From contig NC_068983.1 of NCBI RefSeq assembly GCF_001194135.2, positions 30,137,161 to 30,188,883 on the forward strand: a DNA stretch of 51,723 nt, written 5' to 3'. Both the position numbers and the translations under genes were made by a program. Positions 47,327 through 51,723 of this stretch are shown here, piece after piece. Below the pieces are notes generated by a model. The model worked only from the letters and a program-made list of their open reading frames with translations. It was not told the DNA's origin and did no database searches. Source of the DNA: Octopus bimaculoides. Taxonomy: Eukaryota. Each line of letters opens with the position of its first letter. Within the stretch, counting starts at the first letter, position 1.

Positions 47327-47747
47327 GCTCGCATGTATATGTAAATCGTCGAAGAACCGCATAATCGATATATTGAACAAAAATTGCAAAATTACCTTGT
47401 ACGTTGTACACTACCGTTTACCTCTCGTTACAAGGGGTCGATTATGCATTCCGTCCCTTAAGAGAGCGATAAGATAAGTACTAGACAGATTAACGAGAAT
47501 GATAAAATTAACTAAAAAAACCTTGAAGGTAGTACCCCAGCATGGTTGCAATCTGATAACTGATAACAGAATAAAACAAAAAACAAAAACAAAGATCACC
47601 TCTCATGCGCGATTCTCTATATGATGCATTCACACTTGAATCAGAAGACAAGAGGGCTACCAACGCTTATAAAAGCTTGTGGATTTACAAAATTCTCATC
47701 TTAATAGTATGAGTTGCTGCAGGGTCTACTAGAAAATCTTGCTAGAT

Positions 47748-48099
47748 TAGGGGGTTCTCTACCATCTTTTTTTTTTATCTATGGACCCTTTTGATCATTA
47801 TTTTATTCTGGTGGGCCCCCGTCGCTGTTTGATGTTTAAAAACTTATTTTATGGATACTTTCAAAATTCCTATTTTTTTTTCTACATATTAACTTGTGTA
47901 GGTTGAACTATATAAAATGCTTGAGAAAGAAACTTAGCTGTTTCTTGCAACACATACCAATACATAAATCTCAAGCAAAATTTTTTCAGGGGCCCTTAAA
48001 ATACTATTGTGGATCCCTAATTTACTATTTTCTTGCACGAACCCCCAAAATTTTATATGGATCATCAGGGGCCATATGGACTTCGTTTGAGAACCACTG
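47748..48099 (-). mobile_element. hAT (Charlie-like) MITE
   Basis: TAGGGGGTTCTCTACC and GTTTGAGAACCACTG ends. Inverted homologue of 23150-23500. Confidence 0.78.
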
Positions 48100-49055
48100 A
48101 GTTAGCCACAAGGAACTGTCAAAACGCAACTCGGTCTCTTGGCTGTTAGTGTAAATTCGGTATTCATAAAGCAGATTTTGTTCCGTTTATTTCTTTACGG
48201 GAATTTGTACTCTTGAACGACATCGATTTCTGCTTACGAAGGGAGAATCAAAGTTTTGCTACGTGGTGGTAGCAAGCTGCTTACGATTCCTGTCAGTTAT
48301 GTAGACCAGATAAAAATAACATTTGAGAAATTTAGAAATATGTAAAAAAAAAAAAAAAAGAAAACGAAAATGAAAACAGCAAAAAACTGATTTCTAATAT
48401 TGGCAAGAGGTCACATATTTTGGGGAGAGTAATCTATTAAATCGATCTCATAACTGGACTGCTACTTTATTTTATCAACGTAAGGATTGAATTCGAGTAG
48501 AATAGAATACCAATAGATTTGTGACGATTTGAAGGTTGTTGTTACAATGAATGTATAGCAGATGGAATACATCAAAAATAACTGAGGTCTCTGCGAATCG
48601 GATATTCGAGATTGGAATTCCTGCTGCATCAGACCTGCTAAAGCGGTCACTGAAACCTGCAATAAATAGCGTTCCTCCTCCTATCTTTGCTAAAACTAGA
48701 ATGATTAAGTTACCAAATATTACACATGAAACATGAAACTCGAGAATTTTTAAAACTATGCATTAAATAGTACAAGTTTTAAAATGTATTACTAGCAAAT
48801 TATCATACGTAAAATTGCAACTAAATTTAAAAAAAAATATTATACTACCGTCTAAAAAAAAAAAAGATTTATAAAAAAGAAACTGACTTTAGTTTACGGA
48901 GGGACTAAGCCGGAATATATCCGGATTTCACAGGTGTTTAGGCGACTGAAGGTTCAAGACAGGCCTCGCTCTTAATGACGGGCTTGTCCAACACAGGGTT
49001 AATCCCCAGCTACCGCTGGTATTATTGATTTTCGACTGAGTGGATTAAGGTAACA

Positions 49056-49270
49056 GCAGCGAGCTAGCAGAATCGTTAGCTCGTGTGACAAAATGCTCAG
49101 CAGCATTTCGTCCGTCTTTACGTTCTGAGTTCAAATTCCACCGAGGTCAACTTTGCCTTTCAATTTTGCTGGGTCGATAAAATAAGTATCAGTTGAGCAC
49201 TGGGGGGTCGATGTAATCAACTACACCTTTCCTCGAACTTGCTGGCATTGCGCCAAAATTTGACATCAAT
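49056..49270 (+). mobile_element. Family-A SINE
   Basis: Head, B-box, central block and tail. Confidence 0.88.
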
Positions 49271-49439
49271 ATACTGGATAAAATAATCCTGAATACATAT
49301 GACAGAAAAGAAAACAGGATGACCACTGTGTGAATGTTGATGGTATGAAGTAGGTTCGTCACAAAGAAATATTTTCCAACATATTCAAACGTCATTAGAA
49401 AACCGTCTGAACTTTTAATCTGTAATTTCAAAGTGTTCA

Positions 49440-49457
49440 TAACCCTAACCCTAACCC
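49440..49457 (-). repeat. (TTAGGG)3 interstitial telomeric-type repeat
   Basis: TAACCC three times on the + strand. Confidence 0.6.
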
Positions 49458-49566
49458 AGATCAGGTAATTTCACAGCGTAGACTACAGATAATGCAGTAA
49501 ACTGCACGCCAAATTAGCATCAGAATTTCTTAAGATTGTTGTTATGCCGGGAAAACCGTCTGAATT

Positions 49567-49772
49567 TATCTTTATATCTTTTACTTCTTTCAGTCATTAG
49601 ACAGCAGCCATGCTGGAGCATCGCCTTGAAGGACATTTTAGTCGAACAAATCAACCCCAGCACTTATTATTCTAAAGCTTGGTACTTATTCTATCGTTCA
49701 CTGTTGCTGAACTTCTAAGTTATGGGGACGTAAACTCACCAGCGCCGGTTGTCAAGTGGTGGGAGGAGAGGA

Positions 49773-49808
<36 letters not shown>

Positions 49809-49983
49809 TCTATATACGACGGGCTTCTTTCAGTTCCCGTCTACCAAATCCACTCAAAAGGCTTTGGTCGGCCCGAGGCTATAGTAGAAGACAACAACTG
49901 TCCAAGATGTCACGCAGTGGGACTGAACCCGGTAGCAGGTGATTGGGAAGTAAGCTTCTTACTACACTGCCACGCCAGCACCT
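49567..49983 (-). mobile_element. Family-B SINE, full length
   Basis: Reverse-complement homologue of 36196-36617 with an internal (CA)n. Confidence 0.88.
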
Positions 49984-50386
49984 ATGAACATTAAAACATT
50001 ATAACGCAATGGAGATAAAATGAACTTCCGAATACAAAAAAACAAAAAAAAACCGAAAAAAACAAAACAAAAATAAGCAGAACAACTCTAGCAAGTAAGT
50101 AGAGATCTTGTTCGAAAATTTAGAGGGAATGATATTGATTGAACTTAGTGGAATGAAAATCAAATGGAGCTTGAGAGTCATTATTCTATAGTGTAGCAGT
50201 AACTTACCTCAAAAGTACTGTTTGGACTATAATAATGATGAAGAAACTTCTTGCAAATTTGTAAGAGTAGAATCTGTAAGAGTAGATGCAAGAGCTAATA
50301 TATGATTTATAAAAACATGTGACATTAATAAAAATCTGTAAATGTACAACCATCCAGACCTCTGAGTACCTTATCATTTTTTTCTA

Positions 50387-50417
<31 letters not shown>

Positions 50418-50419
50418 TA

Positions 50420-50474
<55 letters not shown>

Positions 50475-50497
50475 TGAGAAAACATTTGTAATTTCAG

Positions 50498-50636
50498 GTG
50501 ATTCCAGATTTGTAAAAGAATATTCCACATCTACCGAGACGTTACATACGCTTTCATCTTCTTCAGATCTGATGACATCTAAGATGCAGTTCTTATATCA
50601 CGCAAAATCTCTGTTAAACTCATTAAATTCGAGAAG
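50498..50636 (+). CDS. Candidate orphan coding exon (unknown gene)
   Basis: aatttcag| acceptor and AG|gtaatt donor. Only one open frame (GDSRFVKEYSTSTETLHTLSSSSDLMTSKMQFLYHAKSLLNSLNSR). No homology recognised. Confidence 0.3.
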
Positions 50637-51205
50637 GTAATTGAACGTCGGTGGTTGTGGCAGGCCAGAACAGCATGAGGCAGGTGGGCCAAGTCAGAGT
50701 AAGTTTACGATTTTGAAGTGGGTAGATTAGCAAGGGTGGGGAGGGTACTTCACTTGTTAGAAGCAAAGGTAGACCCTTTGATATAGAATTATTTTTTTAA
50801 TATATATATATAAATCGTTCAAGTTCTTTTGTTCTACTTTGTTACTGGTAAGTACATCATGTACGCTACGTGTACACGTATATATATGTACTCGTAACCA
50901 GTACATAATCATATGTATTTTGCAAATGAATGCTAAAGTACTTTGTCAGTACTTTAAAATGAAGCCTACAAGTTTTCACCTGATATTGGGTCTATCAACA
51001 ATTTTGTGCAAGTCACGACTGTATATGGTGATGATTGTACTGTCACCGCCGCCGCCGTCGGCCCCGCGGCTACTGCTACAGTTGTTATTGTTGTTTTTTA
51101 GCACCAGGTAATTCATAAGGGAGCACACACATCAGCAATAGAAAACGGCTAATTAACAGAGTCTTTAGAGCGTTCAACAGAATGCTTCGCAATGTTTGTT
51201 CCGAC

Positions 51206-51412
51206 TCAGCTGGCGGAATCGTTAACACGTCGGGTAAAATGCTTAACGGCATTTCAGCTGTCTACATGTTCTGAGTATAATTTCCGCCGAGGTCAACTTT
51301 GTCTTTTATCCTTTCGGGGCCAATAAAATAAGTACCAATTGATTATAGCAATTGATGTAATCAACTTACCCCTTCTATAAAATTGCTGGCTCCGTCCTAA
51401 AATTTGAAACTA
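51206..51412 (+). mobile_element. Family-A SINE
   Basis: Head, central block and tail. Confidence 0.82.
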
Positions 51413-51566
51413 ATAGTTGTCCTGACAGTCTGAGTTCAAATTTTGCTGATGTCAACTTTCCTTTTATTCTTCCGGGATCGATAATAAAATACCAATCCAA
51501 GAGGGGAAATTGCAGTATTTGGTCCGCCTGCTTGCGTCTGACTGTCAAAGGTTAAAACCAAAAATA

Positions 51567-51600
<34 letters not shown>

Positions 51601-51723
51601 TTTTAAATATACAGGGATTAGCAATTGAGTTGCTTCTCCAACATACTGAAAATTTAGAAATAGCAGTCAAAGGACTACTGATTCCAAACTACAAATTTTC
51701 TCTAAAGTGGATGGCGATATTTA

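Noticed and set aside
51092-51113. 6-nt microexon tttttag|CACCAG|gtaatt
   Set aside because: It resembles the start of a dispersed (GTT)n-TAGCCCCAGGTCA repeat seen near 1505, 12395 and 13525.

Overview
Eukaryotic, AT-rich, microsatellite-laden scaffold DNA with six N gaps. The repeat content suggests an octopus (coleoid cephalopod) genome; this is inference, not confirmed. The only confidently identifiable gene is the 3' end of gamma-tubulin complex component 4 (TUBGCP4) on the + strand: four clear exons at 141-3906 and a likely short last exon at 4322-4346. The rest is mostly intergenic or intronic. It holds many tRNA-derived SINEs of at least three families, mariner/Tc1, hAT-like and piggyBac-like DNA transposon relics, an RTE-like fragment and simple repeats. 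The most notable signal is a Penelope-like retroelement (PLE) system. A unit made of a tRNA-like Pol III head, (AAT)n and a type I hammerhead ribozyme occurs directly behind a decayed GIY-YIG PLE ORF (45.3-46.3 kb). It also occurs with no ORF as palindromic, TSD-flanked fold-back insertions (9.5-10.1 kb with the head, 32.1-32.5 kb without it). A second, unrelated hammerhead lies at 26.9 kb. An unexplained CpG-rich, strongly hairpin-forming island with promoter motifs lies at 12.6-13.1 kb. Most ORFs in the supplied track are artefacts of microsatellites, SINEs or N gaps.
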